Shown piece after piece: positions 48,330 to 63,175 of a stretch of 64,000 bases of DNA. Both the position numbers and the translations under genes were made by a program. The notes beneath the pieces were generated by a model, which ran no database searches, had not been told where the DNA came from, and saw nothing but the letters and a program-made list of their open reading frames with translations. This DNA comes from the human T2T-CHM13v2.0 reference genome, Homo sapiens. Every line of letters starts with the position of its first letter. Position 1 is the first letter of the stretch. The stretch is taken from the NCBI RefSeq assembly GCF_009914755.1, contig NC_060925.1; one strand, 5' to 3'.

Positions 48330-50045
48330 TATTCACCTTGATTGAGATTTATCCCTGGGATACAAGGATGGATAAGCATATGCAAATTAATAAATGTGAT
48401 TCATCATATTAACAGAATAAGGATAAAACCGTATGATCCCCTCAATAGATGGAATAAAAAGCATCCAACAAAATTCAATATCTTTCCATTATAAACACTC
48501 TCAGCAAATTAGGTACAGAAGGAATGTTTCTCAACACAATCAAGGCCAGATATTACAAGCCCATAGCTAACATGATACTCATCAGTGACAAAATGAAAGT
48601 CTTTTTTTATTTTTTCTAAAATCAGGAGCAAGACAAGGGTGCCCACTCTCACCACTTCTATTGACATAGTACTGGAATTCCTAGCAAGAGTAAATAGTCA
48701 AGCAAAAAAATAAATAAAAGCATCCAATAGTAAAGAAAAAATGAACCTGTCTCTGTTTGCTGATGACATATTGTATACAAAATCTTAAAAGATTCCACAA
48801 AAAACTGTTAAAATTGATAAAGAATTTCAGTAAAGTTTCAGGAGACAAAATAAGCTGACAAAAATTAGTAGTGTTTCTATACATTAACAGTGAACTATCT
48901 GAAAAAGAAATTAAGAAAATAATCCCATTTACGTTAGTATCAAAAAATTACTTAGGAATAAATTTAACCAAGGACGTGACAGATCTGTATACTTAAAACT
49001 ACAAAATATTGAGAAGGAAATTGAAGAAGACAGAAATAAATGGAAAGACATCGTATAGTCATGGATTGAAAGAATTACTATTGTTAAAATTTCCATACTA
49101 TACAAAGTGATTTGTAGATTCAATGTAGTCTTTATCAAAATTCCCAAGTCTTTGTTAACAGCAATAGAAAAAAAACCTCAAAATGTATATGGAACTATAA
49201 AATCCCAAGTAGCTAAAGTTACCTTAACCAAAAAGAACAAAGTTCTAGGCATTATACATTACACAGATTTTAAAATACATTACAAAGCTATAGTAACCCA
49301 AACAGTGTGGTACTGTCATTAAAAAAAAAGGCACATCAACCAATGGATTAGAATAGAGAGCTGCAAAATAAATCTGCACACCTACAGTCAACTGACGTCT
49401 GACAAAGGTGCCAAGAACACACAATGGGGAAAAGACATTTCTTTTCAGTAAATGGTGCTGAGAACCCCTTAAAATTCAAATCAAAATGGATTAAAAACTT
49501 AGATTTAAAACTTAATAATGTAAAACTACTAGAAGAAACATGAGAGAAAACTCCTGACACATGTCTGGGCAGTGATTTCTTGGGTATGACCCCAAAAGCA
49601 CAGGCAACAAGAACAAAAATAGACAAATGGGATTGAATCAAACAAAACGGTTGCTCTACAGCAAAGGAAACAATTAACAAAGTAAAATATAACACACAGA
49701 TTGGAAAAAAATTGCAAATCACAAATCAAATAAGAGGGTAACATTCAAAATACACTGGGAACTCAGTCTACTCAATAATAAGGAAACAACCCTCTTAAAA
49801 AATGGGCAAAGTCCCTGAGTGGACATTTCTTATAAGAAGACATACAAAGGCCAGCAGATATTAGGTTGGTGCAAAAGTAATTTTGGTATATATTATTTTT
49901 AACATCTCTAATCATAGAAATGCAGATTAAAATCACAATGAGGTGTCATCTCGTATGTGTTAGATTAGCTATTATCAAAAAAATTAAAGATAACACATAT
50001 TAGGATATAGAGTAAAGGGAACACTTGTACACTATCAGGGAGATA
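48330..50045 (+). mobile_element. L1MA-like ORF2 fragment (RT domain to C-terminus), degraded
   Basis: 'caagacaagggtgcccactctcaccact' (RQGCPLSP) and 'tttgctgatgac' (FADD); many stops and frameshifts. Confidence 0.9.
49861..49882 (+). mobile_element. Solo Hsmar1/MADE1 terminal inverted repeat
   Basis: TA followed by ttaggttggtgcaaaagtaatt, matching the first 22 nt of the TIR as I recall it. Confidence 0.85.
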
Positions 50046-51299
50046 TTCTGTGACAATAATCAAACATTGATCAACATATAGCAAGAAGCAGAATGTGTGG
50101 ATAAACCAATGGTTATAAACAATTCAAATTATATGATAAATATCCCCATATTTGTCCATTGACTCCTAGCAAAGGATTAGTCCAAAACTCTTCACAGGCC
50201 TAGTTAAAATAAAACATAAATTTTAAAACATAGTTTACTTCCAACTGTATTCAAAATGGGAACACTCTAATTTATTTTAAAAGATAAGATAATTTTGTTA
50301 CGCACAAGTCATACTAGAAAAATGAGATAACTATAGGTCAATCTCATCTGTCAACAAACATGCAAAAACCTTAAAGGTATTACAGCAGAATAATAATTAA
50401 AAAAACAGTGTAGGAAAATCTCTTTAGGACTAAATAGATACCAGGATGGAATAAAACATTAGACTATATATGAATCCCCTAAATTAATGGATCAAATTCA
50501 TAGAATTTATGCCACATAGGAAATATATACACATATTAATAGATCTGAAAAATTCATCAGTAAAATTCAACAACATTAATTTAAAATTAAAAAAAAGTCA
50601 TTGAAAGGAATCCCCTAACCCTGAAAAAGTCTAGTATCCACCTCAATCAGGCACCATACTTGCTGGCGAATCTTTAGAATCATTCCCATTATATACTCAC
50701 CATCAGTGAATGAATGTTCCCATTGTTCCAGAAATCGGATAAATATTTTTTAGCAGTAGTAGTGAACTTGCCTTTTTTTTCAATCTGATAAATGTAGAAT
50801 TCTCTCTCTTAGAATTTTATTTTGCATTTTCTGTATGTACATTATATTAGGAATCTTTTCATAAGTTTATTTGCCATTTTGATTTATCTTTTGTGAAATA
50901 CTGGTTCACAATTTTTGTCATTTTTCTGTTTTTTTCTTATGAGTTTATTATATACTTGTATGGTTATACATACATATATGTACATAAATATATTTTTATT
51001 TTCTCCCCACTTTCTCTCTCTCTCTGATCAATCCAATCTCTTTCCAATTTGTTGCAGATGTAATTTCCATATTGTAATTATACTTTTGACACTAATAAGT
51101 GTAATTATACTTTTGATACTAATACATCTTTTGAGAAACAGTCTTATAAAATTTTAAAATAGTGGAATTTATCACTATTTTCCATTTTAGTTTGCATGTT
51201 TTGTGTTTTACATAAATAATAATTCATTATGCACATAATGATGCAGTGACTGGGAATTCTAAGCCAGTCAAATTGGCTTAAGTCCTCACTCATCCTGTT

Positions 51300-51762
51300 C
51301 ATCAAAAGAAAGATTACTTGAATAGGGCTGACCTAAACAGGTGAGTCCTTAAAATAGATTGAATCCTTCCTGAAATTATAGAGAATGGAAGTGTGGGGAC
51401 GCTTAGGCCTATGGAGGGGGTCCTTAAGTTAGATGATTTAAAGTATGAGACGGCCTATGAAGGGGATCAGGGAGGTAACCCCTGAAAGCGGTTCAATTGC
51501 TAGCAACACAATGGGGATTTCAGTTCTACACACGTGAGGAAATTGATTCTTCCAACAACTTGAAGAGTCCTGGGGTAGTTCTTTCCTATTTGATATTCCA
51601 GATGAAGACACAGCCAGCCAACACATTGATTTCAGCCTTGTGAGTCCCTGCGCAGAAAACTCATCTAAAGTGTTCTGCCTTCCCGACCCACAGAAACAGA
51701 TAATAAACTGGTGTTGTTTTAAGCTGATAAATTGGTGGTTATTCGGCAATGGAAAGTAAACA
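51300..51762 (+). mobile_element. MLT1E-like LTR (apparently splitting a MIR)
   Basis: 'ttccagatgaagacacagccagccaacacattgatttcagccttgtgag...tgttgttttaagctg'. Confidence 0.8.
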
Positions 51763-52038
51763 CCTCCTCTGTGACTTACTTCTTCACTTGTAAAATGAGG
51801 ATAATATTAGTATCTTCCTCATAAAGTAGATTATTGAGAAGATCGAATAAGTAAATCAATATAAACTTTGGAAGTGCCAAGTAGTGTACAATGCTTGATT
51901 GAGTAAACACTATATAAATAATATATTTTATTATGAAGAAGATAATCCTCCATGTTTTATTCTAAAGCTTTAAAGTTTTTTTACGTTAAGTTTATAATCC
52001 AATTGATAATAATTTCTGCATAGTATCTGAGGTGGAGA

Positions 52039-52108
52039 CCTTCCTTCCTTCTTTCCTTCCTTCCTTCCTTCCTTCCTTCCTTCCTTCCATTCTTCTTTCC
52101 TTCCTTTC
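52039..52108. repeat. (TTCC)n polypyrimidine microsatellite
   Basis: Read directly. Confidence 0.95.
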
Positions 52109-52379
52109 TGAAATGGAGAAGCTATAGTGCAGGTGCAGGTTCTATTGGATGTAAATTCCATTTTTTATTCATTGACCTAAAATACCATCTCTTTCACATG
52201 TAAAGTATTTATGTATGAGGGCTGTTTCTCTACTCTGTCTTGTGTTCCATTGATTTATTTCTTATTTCTTATAGCAATAACTCAGCTATTAACACAAGTT
52301 TTATTATCTGAAAGGAAAAATATTAACGTCTCATCCTTCATCAAATTTTCTCCCTTTTAATTTTTCTTTTGGAAGAACT

Positions 52380-53240
52380 AGATACATGTATTAACTTGTG
52401 TTAGTTAAGCTAATGTAACTGTATGAATAAAATATGTTTTACATGTATATACATCAGGGTAACCATCATCTAGACCAAGAGATAGAATAGTTTTGATACT
52501 TATGTTCCTTATGCACATTCCAAGTTAGTAAAACCCCTTCCCATCACAGAGGTAGCCATTATTTAAATTTCTAAAGCATGAATTTTTTTTGCTTGTTTCT
52601 AAACTTTGTATAAATAGGATTATATATATATATATATAGGTTTATTTGCATGTTTGTAGTATTTTACTTGATACAATATTTTTGAAATCTATTAATTTCT
52701 GCGTGTAGCAGGAATTATTTCAAGTTGTTATGTGATAGTTCATTGTGTGACTATACTACAGTTTGTTAATCAGTTTTCCTGGTAATAAGTATTTGGTTTC
52801 CAGTTTTTTACTATCTAAATAATGCCTCCGTGAACACTCTCTTACAGATATTTATATTGGTTTATGCACTCATTTACTTTGAATATATACAGAAAATGAG
52901 GAATCACTGGATCATAAAATAGGTATATGTTTAATTAGAAACTTCTAAACAGTTGTTCAAAATTGTAGCATAATTTTACGCTCGTAGTAGTAATGTATGA
53001 ACATTCCAATTTCCTTACACTTACATAAATATTTAGTATAGGAAATAATTTTATCTTTAACAGTTCTATTTTGTTTTAGCCAGTTGTTCTCTCCTTACAG
53101 ATGTTAGTTGACCTTTTCTTGAGAGCAAGTTTTTATATACTTATTGGCCACTTTTGAGTATCTTTCTGATGAAATGTCTCTTTAGATATTTTGCCCATTT
53201 TTAATTGGGTTCTTTGCCTTTTTCTTACTGACTTGTGATT
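52380..53240 (-). mobile_element. L1MC/MD-like 3' fragment
   Basis: 'taaccatcatctagaccaagagatagaata', 'gaatcactggatcata', 'ttttgcccatttttaattggg'. Confidence 0.75.
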
Positions 53241-53409
53241 TGTTGAATATATATATTTATATATATAATTTATGAATATATGAATTATACAGTTTATAAA
53301 TTTATATTGCTTATAAATTATATATAAAACTATGTTATATATAATTTATAGTGCTACAAATGATGTTATTGCAATAAAGGCTTTCATGCAAAAAACTTTA
53401 GAAAGCCCT

Positions 53410-53960
53410 TGATACATTTACTAAGCATGTATTGAGTGTATAACGACTGATGACCTAAACATTTGTTGAGCACTGGCTGCCAGGCACTGGGCTAGATACT
53501 GAGAATACAGCAGTGAAGAACATAAGCCCTGTATAATCTTTGATCTCAGGGAACATGAGATAACAGACAGTAAAAAAACAAACAAAAAATTTAATACTTA
53601 ATTGAAATTAGCATATGTGCTCAAACAAACAAAAACATATAGACTGTTCTTAGAGTGATTGTAACAGGTTAATGTATCCTAATTAAGGAGGTCAGGGCAC
53701 GTGACCCTGAAGAAGGACAGTTTAAGTTGAGGTCTTAAGTGTGATCTCAACTTAAAAAAATATGGCACAGCATGCAAGATTTTTATAGTATAATGGAAAA
53801 GGCAAATACTAAACACATAGTTACAATACGGTATGATTAAATGTTAGGATAGTAGGAATCCATGTATTATGCAAACACATAGAAGGAGCACATAACTTAA
53901 TTTGATAAGAAGTCTCATTGGGGAAATGATACCACAACTATTCTTAAAAGGATTTCAAAC
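53410..53960 (-). mobile_element. L2 fragments
   Basis: 'aaacatttgttgagcactggctgccaggcactgggctagatactgagaatacagcagtgaa'. Confidence 0.7.
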
Positions 53961-56519
53961 ATTTTAAAGATAATTTCTGACGGTTGAAATTTTACTCTTC
54001 TCTTACATTTTTACTATGCTGATTTATTTCCTCTTTATTTAGGAAATCTCAAGGTCCTTAAACTTTAGGGGTCTAGTATTATCTTTATGGTATATTAATA
54101 CCTAACAACAAAAAATATTAAGCCCTTGGCTCAAGCACCTGGACTGAATTTAATGGATTTTTCAACTCGATAGACCAGTGTACCTTTGTAACAGACCATG
54201 GTAAAGCAATATAAACTGATATAATATAAATTTTATGAAACAGATTTACTTACTTTACAGTTTTAACATAATTTATAGCATATTTGTGTCAGTCCTAACA
54301 CTGATTTTTGAACAATTACAGCATTCTTATAAATAAGTGCCCCTATTTGAATGCCACCATCCCCCAAAGAAACTGTATACTCATATGACATGCAATCTAA
54401 ATTAGTACCTCAATTAATCACTGGGGTAATGCAGAACTATTACCTTTTTTTCACACAAGGATGCATCATTAAAAACAGCCTCAATTTTCTTTTTTGATGT
54501 CTCACATGATTAATTGCAGTCTTGTGACTTGAAAAGGCAAATTATTTGCTGTTATGGAAATTGACATTTCTGGAGTTTTAAGGCTGTGCTCTTGCCCTTC
54601 ATCTGGAAATTCTTCAGTTCAATAACATAAACTAAGAGTAGCTTTCAAAGAGGCCTTTCCTCCCTACTAAACATGTTTTACATCCAAACAGCGCTTGTTT
54701 CTGAAAGTAATATTTTCATTATGTGAGATTTCAAGTTATAAATGTATTTTTATCTTATCATGTACCAGAATGGAGTTAAAGTAAAGCTAATATTAAATGA
54801 AGAGAGTCTTCATGTTCAAAATGAATAATACTACCTCCTCAATTTAACAACACTTTGAAATTATCAAATACTATTCTAACTTATTGAATGGTAAGATATT
54901 TTGTTCCAGGCCTATGAAATAAGTTTAACTTTGGGGGAAATAAATAAAATACATTTTCTTAAATTTTAAATATCTGCTATTCAATTTAAACCAGTAAATT
55001 ATAACAGGCTTGAAACACAATTATGATTCCTTTGGTTACTTCTATTTTCAGTATGCATTGCTTGAATTTGACAGCTGATGCTATTTTACCATTTAAAGAA
55101 AGGTTATGTATAAAGTCCTTCTGCTGTTTATAAACCATTTGTTTTTATTACTCAATGGCAAATAATTACTTATTATGCCAAAATCAGTGCCGATGTTTTA
55201 TATTAGTTTTGTCTGAGTTAGCTACAAATCATGAGTAAATATATGGAAACATCATTCAAGAAAATTGATCAGAATGAAAGTATCATTCTGCTTACCATAT
55301 TTAGACGTATGTGACCAACACATAAATAAAGATATCAGCTGCAGGAACCCACAAGAAAAATATTTTTAATTCTGACTTCAGCAAACAGAGGGGCACCTGA
55401 AAGTGTTAGACCAGAAGATACCACTGAGGAAGGAATGTTTAAAGTGGAATGATACATTTCCAACAGAACATAAACAACAAAATACTTAATATGCAGTCCA
55501 GACTGAAATGTGTAATGAAAATAGTTGGATATTAAAGAATTCAAGAGTGAGAGGCATCAGCAAGGAGGACCTCCTCCTTATTATTGAGGTAAGATAAATT
55601 TGTTTTTTATCAAAATAAATTATCACTAAGCAAAGCAGAGAAAACAATCTGTGATCCACTGCAGCCAGCAAAAGGCTTCCACAATTAGAAAAATATGAAA
55701 ATGATGCATGCAAGTTAGATGGGTTCACTAAATGACAAAACATATCTCAGGGGAGAAAAATAAAGATGAGGAAATATTCATTTTTACACAGGGACGTTAT
55801 CAATTTTTGATAAAGAGGCCACACTTGGAGACAATATGTAACAATTTTGGTTGCAGGTGGAGACTGGCATTCACCTGCCAACATCCAAATCCATGCTTAT
55901 CCACTTACAGTCCTGAGATTTTTTTCTAGTAAGTCCAGTGTATATATAAGACACTTTTTCTTTGTAAAATAGGGTCACATATGTCTAAGTTATGTGTGTA
56001 CCATGAATCTGAGAGGATATATACCTAGCCCATATTATATACCCAGATTCTGACATATGTTAGGCATTCAATGAATATTTGTTCAGTGAAAAATAAATGG
56101 GTTATATTTGTAAGTTTTCAGTAAATAATTTTATATTTATACCTATGAATTTTAGTTGTTCTACGTATTTGTCCTTTTGTTCCCAAATTCACTTAAGTAA
56201 TCTATTAATCTATCATACCATTCCAGTCTTAGCTCCCATTTTGTATATATATAGAATGTCTACTCATAATTCCTTGAATATACTTTACACTGTTAGTTTT
56301 TGCTTTAGCTCAACAAAAATGTCCTCCTTTCTTCTCATTCTGCCTAAAAATTTCTATTTATCTTTCAAATAAAATCTCACATACTTTTCCAACTGTCACT
56401 GAACACTTACTTTTCAATAATGATAATCATAATACTAAGATTGGATATGAAAGCATTTTAACATACAGTACATTCCTCTTAGTTCACATTACTTCTAATC
56501 ATCATCTTCTTTAAGAAAA

Positions 56520-56772
56520 ATCAGTAATGTGAAGTATGTGCTGAAAACAGAATTTCCTGTTTGTTTGTATTTGTTCTTGGTATTTTCTTCCATAGCATTT
56601 ACTGCCATATGATATTAGATACATATTTTTTTCTAGTATTTATTTTTGCCTCCCACCCTGTCCTGTAAGTTCCAACAGGATAGAAATCTTGTATTGTTTA
56701 CTCCAAATGCTTAGAAAAAGTGCCTGACACATTCCCAACATACAGCAAATACTTAATAAAAAATGGTCTGAA
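56520..56772 (+). mobile_element. L2 3' end
   Basis: 'ctgtaagttccaacaggatagaaatcttgt...agtgcctgacaca...acttaataaa'. Confidence 0.65.
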
Positions 56773-57428
56773 CATTCCTGCCTGAAGAGCCTGTGTTTCA
56801 TGAATGAGATCCTTAAATGCAATTAGATGCTTAAATATTGCCACACTGTGTTTGCAATGGGGACCTAACTGTTATCATATCCACTGTTACTGCTGATGTA
56901 GGACATAATTCATTCTTTCAGTAACCACCCTTTTTAAAAAAAGAAAGTCTAGAGTGAAATATTATTACATTATAAAACCACTTGATTCTAGAGGTAAAAT
57001 GGAATCTGGTTTTATGCCACAATGTTTGACTCTTTAAACCTGTAAAGTGAGAGTCATTCATATATTATTCATATTGCTGTTTTTTAAAGCGGACTTCTTT
57101 TTATGATTTTTTTGTCAATGATCATTTGGAGGTAGTCACTCTAAATTCTAATTTATCAAAATTTTACATAAACTATAATACAGGAATGATAGGTAATTCC
57201 ATATTTCCATTGTAAGATAATTCAAGAAAATATGAGCAAATATTTCATTATAGGACCCTAATTTTGAAGAGTGGTTCAAAGATGTGAGTATGGTGATGTA
57301 ATATTTGCCAGACCCTTTGAGACCTCATTACTGTAAGTGTAATTTTAAGATGATAATTTTTCTCTTCATCCAAATTGAGGTAGAAGTGCATTGTAAGTAA
57401 AATTTTTATTTTATGAAGAAAGATGAAC

Positions 57429-57803
<375 letters not shown>

Positions 57804-59249
57804 TCATACCGTTTTGTGAACAACTTTAAATCTTCGTACAGTCTAAATTAACCATGAATCATCAGTAGAGACATTTAAAAATCTATGGTCCTTTACCGAA
57901 GTGTATTTTTAGGCTGCTGTCATTTCAAATACACACTCAAAAATCAGGATGCTGTGGAGACTCTAAAAAATATTTATGTTCTTCTAGCTAGGACATTGTA
58001 CATGCCAGAATGTTCTTTGAAACTTACCAAGAAAATTTCAACCTCTTTCATGTGTTTATAAATACCTTATTATTCTAAAACTTAGCATTCTGGCATTGGT
58101 TAGTCTCTCTTCCTCAGATAAATGAGGCAATTAATAAGTTAATATTATCCCTATGCTAATCTATGTATGAAGTAGAAAAGATTCTCTAACGTTAGACAAT
58201 TTAAAACAATAATTTATATTGACTTTGATTAGATTACAGGACCATTTAGTAACTGCCATTTCAAAAGTACTGGCAATTTTTAAAGGCCTTAATGGAAATA
58301 GAGCTAAAAGAACAGTCTTTTTTTTGTAATTATGACTAATAAAATTTCTGTTTGTAATCAACCTAATATAAATTCAACACACAATTAAGATTTAGGAATG
58401 TGTAACACCCCAAGGCTCTTAATTTTCAAAAGTCACAAAACTATGTTTACTCAAATGGTTTGACATTATTTAAAAATTGGATTCTATCTTATTCTCTTGA
58501 GGAAATTTCTGGGTAGTTAGAAGTTTTGACATAATTAATTTCTGAATATTTCACATTTATCTTTCAGATTTTCCTGACATCAATGTATCCTTTTGAGTAT
58601 ATTATCGTATCTCTTAACATTTCTGTTTCATCCTTGACCTGAGACTTTTTTTTTTTTTTTTAATCTTGAGATAATTCTTGGCTTTGTCAAGGCTACTGGT
58701 GACAAAAGCATTAAAAAGCAGGTAAGTTCTGACCTTTTTTGTACCTTAAGTTATTTTTTTTTCATTATTTTACTTCTTTTTTCTTTTTGGTGATTTGTTT
58801 TACAAAATTCAGATATTTCTACTTTCAGCAATAGACTCTGCAGGAGTCTTTCGGTTTCTCAAAATCTATTGTGATAATTTATGGAGGTGTTTTACAACAC
58901 ACATACATAAAATACTGTGTGGTTTTATTTGTCTTAATGTGCACTGACTTTGCTATAAAATATATTTAACTTTTATCATTAGCTACAGCAGTGTATCTCA
59001 TAACATTCAATAGCCATGCATAAAACATCTGATGATTACGCTGTTTGAAATCTAGCTTCAAAGATTGCAATTTAAGTAATTAGAAAATTGGTGGAATATT
59101 TTTCTTGCATATCATTAAAATTTTTTTTCTGCAAACTACAAAAACACATTTCTGAAAAGTACTGTAATTGATTGCCACCAACACATACCAAGTGTCACTT
59201 CTGATTCTATTAAAACAGAGATTTCTGTTAGTCACTGTAATAAAATATT

Positions 59250-59635
59250 CTTATGTTCAGATTCTGTGCAAATGCAATGTTTACTTTGATAGAATAAGAC
59301 AAGTGATATCAGTATATTGTCTATTGGATCTGATGTGTAATAACTCAGATGAAAGCTTAGCTCACATACCATGCTGCAGAAAAATGACAACCAAATCTGG
59401 AGAGTCTTGGGTTTTATGAAAAATTCTATCAATAACATGAGTCAGCTTGGAAGTGGATTTTTCTCTAATCTCAGATGAGAATATAGCAGTTGATAGTTTG
59501 ATTTAATTCTAATGAGACCATGAACAGAGGACCCAGTTAATCTGTGGCAGATTGGGGACCCAGAAACCTGAAATGATAAATTTGTATTGTTGTAAGCTGC
59601 TAAGTTTATTCTAGCAATTAAAAAAAAAACCTAAT
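59250..59635 (+). mobile_element. Old MLT1 LTR
   Basis: 'cagatgagaat...tgaacagaggacccagttaa...tgttgtaagctgctaagttt'. Confidence 0.65.
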
Positions 59636-60412
59636 GAGGGAACCAACTATTTCCTCTATTCCTTATATTATGGATTTGATTAGACTTCTCACTATGCTTG
59701 ACAGTTGTATAGCTGTAATCAGTTACTTAATTTATAAGACTGATTTTAATAATTTTGAAAGTCAAAATTAAGAGAAAGGACCACAAATTCTTTTGTCAAA
59801 GGAGAATATTGAACAAATTAATTCACATGTCAAACAGATATATACAGGAGGACTATGGCAAACATTGCCTGCTTTGTGGTCCAATTCCAAAGCTACACAT
59901 ATCACCTCGAAAACAATGGTTGGGTCTTCCCTTTATATTTGTATTATGAAAAGATCTAATTGAAGTATCTAGAAGGCAGATATTGATTGTAAATTTCAGG
60001 ATAGTAGTTTTTAGCTTCAAAATAGTCATAAGATTTTATGTTGCTTGATTTCTTATATCAGTTTTGGAAAAGTGTAAGATATCTTTTCAAATAGTCTTTG
60101 TTTCACTTTCTTTCCTCTCCGTCTGGTACTACAATTGTTTCTGAGAAGATTGCAGTGCATCTCCTCAATGACTTTCTGTTGTTTTCATACTTTTTTTAAC
60201 CACATTTTTGTTTGTCTCTTTGTATTTCATTCTCTTTATGTCCTTCCATTTATTTACCACCTAATACTTTTATTCAGCTGTAAATCCATACAGTAAGCCC
60301 TTAATTTCAGTTATTGTATTTTTTAGTTCCACTTTCCAATTGATTTAGTTTCCATTCTGTGGCCAATATTATAATTCTGTTTTTCATATTTCTGAATTGA
60401 TTAAATGTAACC

Positions 60413-60720
60413 TTTTTTTTTTTTTTTTTTTTTTTTTTTGAGACAGAGTCTCTCTCTGTCCCCCAGGCTGGAGGCAGTGGTACAATCTTGGCCCACTGCA
60501 ACCTCCACTTCCTGGGTTCAAGCAATTTTGTGCCTCAGACTCCTGAATAGCTGGGACTACAGGTGTGCATCCACCATGACCAGCTAATTTTTGTATTTTT
60601 AGCAGAGACAGGGTTTCACCATGTTGGCCAGGCTGCTCTAGAACTCCTGGCCTCAAGTGATCTGCCCACCTGGGCCTCCCAATGTGCTGGGATTACAGGG
60701 GTGAGCCACTGCAGCAGACC
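60413..60720 (-). mobile_element. AluS (Sz/Sx-like), inside degraded L1M-like sequence
   Basis: Full dimer; T27 tail; 14-bp TSD at 60398-60411 and 60721-60734. Confidence 0.95.
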
Positions 60721-62844
60721 TGATTAAACATAACATTTTAAAATTGATATTTAATGGCTTCATTATTTGGATTATCTATGGGTCTATTTCTATTCTCCAT
60801 TATTTATCTTACGTTTGCATAATCTTATCTGGTTTTCATAGGTATGTGCCTTTTTTTTTTAACTAATTGTCAACTTTTATGAATAAATAGAGGCATCAAA
60901 TTGTGTTATCTCCATCAAGACATCAAGAGAAAATTTTCATTCTCATAAACTGGATCACCATAATCCAACTGTAGAGATTAAAATAAATCAAAGCTGGGTT
61001 TACTTTCTATATTGACATGTCTGATTTTGGTTAATCCTGAAGCTGTAGTATCCCCTGTAGCTATCCAAACTAAAAGCCTGCGTAGAAAGGTTACCAATCC
61101 ATCAACATACATTTTGGCAGGCTATGAGCCCCAATTTGGATCTCCCTACTCAGACAAGGCTATTCATCTCTTGAAACTTTTCTCTGAGTCTTCCTCTTTC
61201 AGCTGTCTCTTTTTGAATTGACAGAGAACCCTATGAGAAATGCATTACAAATCTTATATAACATCACTGACATTCCTCATACTTCTATATTGGATCATAA
61301 GAGATATATTTTTGCAGATTTTTACAGATTTTCTGGTTATATAAAAGATTATGATTTTAATTGCTTAGTCTGTCATCAGAGCAAAACTGGTCTAGTTTAC
61401 ACATGCTGTCTCTCTCTCACTCTCATGTATACCTACATATGCACTTATTTTATGCTTTTATGCTTATGAGGTATCTTTAACCATGGGTTAAATGAAAGTC
61501 CATAAGGTTACTTTTTGATATTTACCTAAGTGGTAGGTTATGCCAAGCATTTGTGATAGAATGATAAAATATCGTAGTTGCTTATTTGAAATCTCTACTC
61601 TTTCTATACATTTCAGAGTCTTGAGATAGCTGGAATAAATTTAAAATGAATGGAAACCCACTGAATTAGAAATCCTGGAGTTAATAATGGTTGATTACTA
61701 TTACCAAAGTTTATTTGCAGCTTAGAGTGCATCTTGATTTAGCATTTACTTACTTATTTTTCAGTATTTTCCCTTAGTTTATTTCCAGTTATAGACATTT
61801 TGCATTACTAATTAAATTTGGTGTACAATACATACTGGGAAGAAAGGCAAGAATTTCATTTTTTTAAATAATTTAGCAAAATACATAGAATGTTTTGAAT
61901 ATTTACATTATCCAATAGAAAATAATGTTTACTCAATTTTTGTAGACCCAAATATGTGATCGATAGCTCTCTATAACAGTGGTGTTTTCTCAAACAAGTT
62001 TTGAAAGTAAAAACAAAAATGTGCATTCTTACAACAAACCCTTAGTATTCTAAAATAAACTCTCAAAACTTTATTGACAATCAACAATTAAATCATATAT
62101 CTAATAGGATCCTCTTATTTGAACAAGATTGTTTAGAAACATTTTTTAAAAGAGTTTGTTGACAACAACAATATTGAGGAGATGAAAGGGAAAATTCTGT
62201 ATGATGTTATAATTTTATAACTATAGGCATTCGCAATATATTCTTTTTGCAGAAATTTGAGTTGATATACTTTGAGATTTCTGACAGACCAAACCATGCC
62301 AAGAATCATCTTTTGCTAATAAATCTAGCATGTAGAATTTATATGTTCATAAATATTCATATATCTAAAACACATTTTTTCCAGGAATTATTCAGTGAAA
62401 TTTTATTTCCTAAAACATTAATACTAAAATTCTTTCTGAGATGCAGTAAAGAGCTACTTCTAATTTTATAGCAAATAATTCTCATTTAACATATAATTTT
62501 AAAAATACTTGTATTGTAGCTCAGAACACAATAATACATATATAGGGTATATTTTATTTAAAAATACAAAAGAAAAACCGTGGTATTTTAGCATTATTTT
62601 AAATGTAAATTGATGTGTTTTTGTTAAACACCTTAAATTGAGTAATAACATTGAAAGTGGTTTTCCTTTATTATTTTATTGTTGGTCTATGAGACCAGAT
62701 GGGAGGGTTATTGTTTGTTGTGTTTTCAGCTTTTTGGCTATATGATGGAGATTTACATATATATATATAAACATTAATAAATCTTATTATTGTAAGTTTG
62801 CAGTGTAGACTCATTTGATAATATAGGGTATAAAAATGATTTTT

Positions 62845-63175
<331 letters not shown>

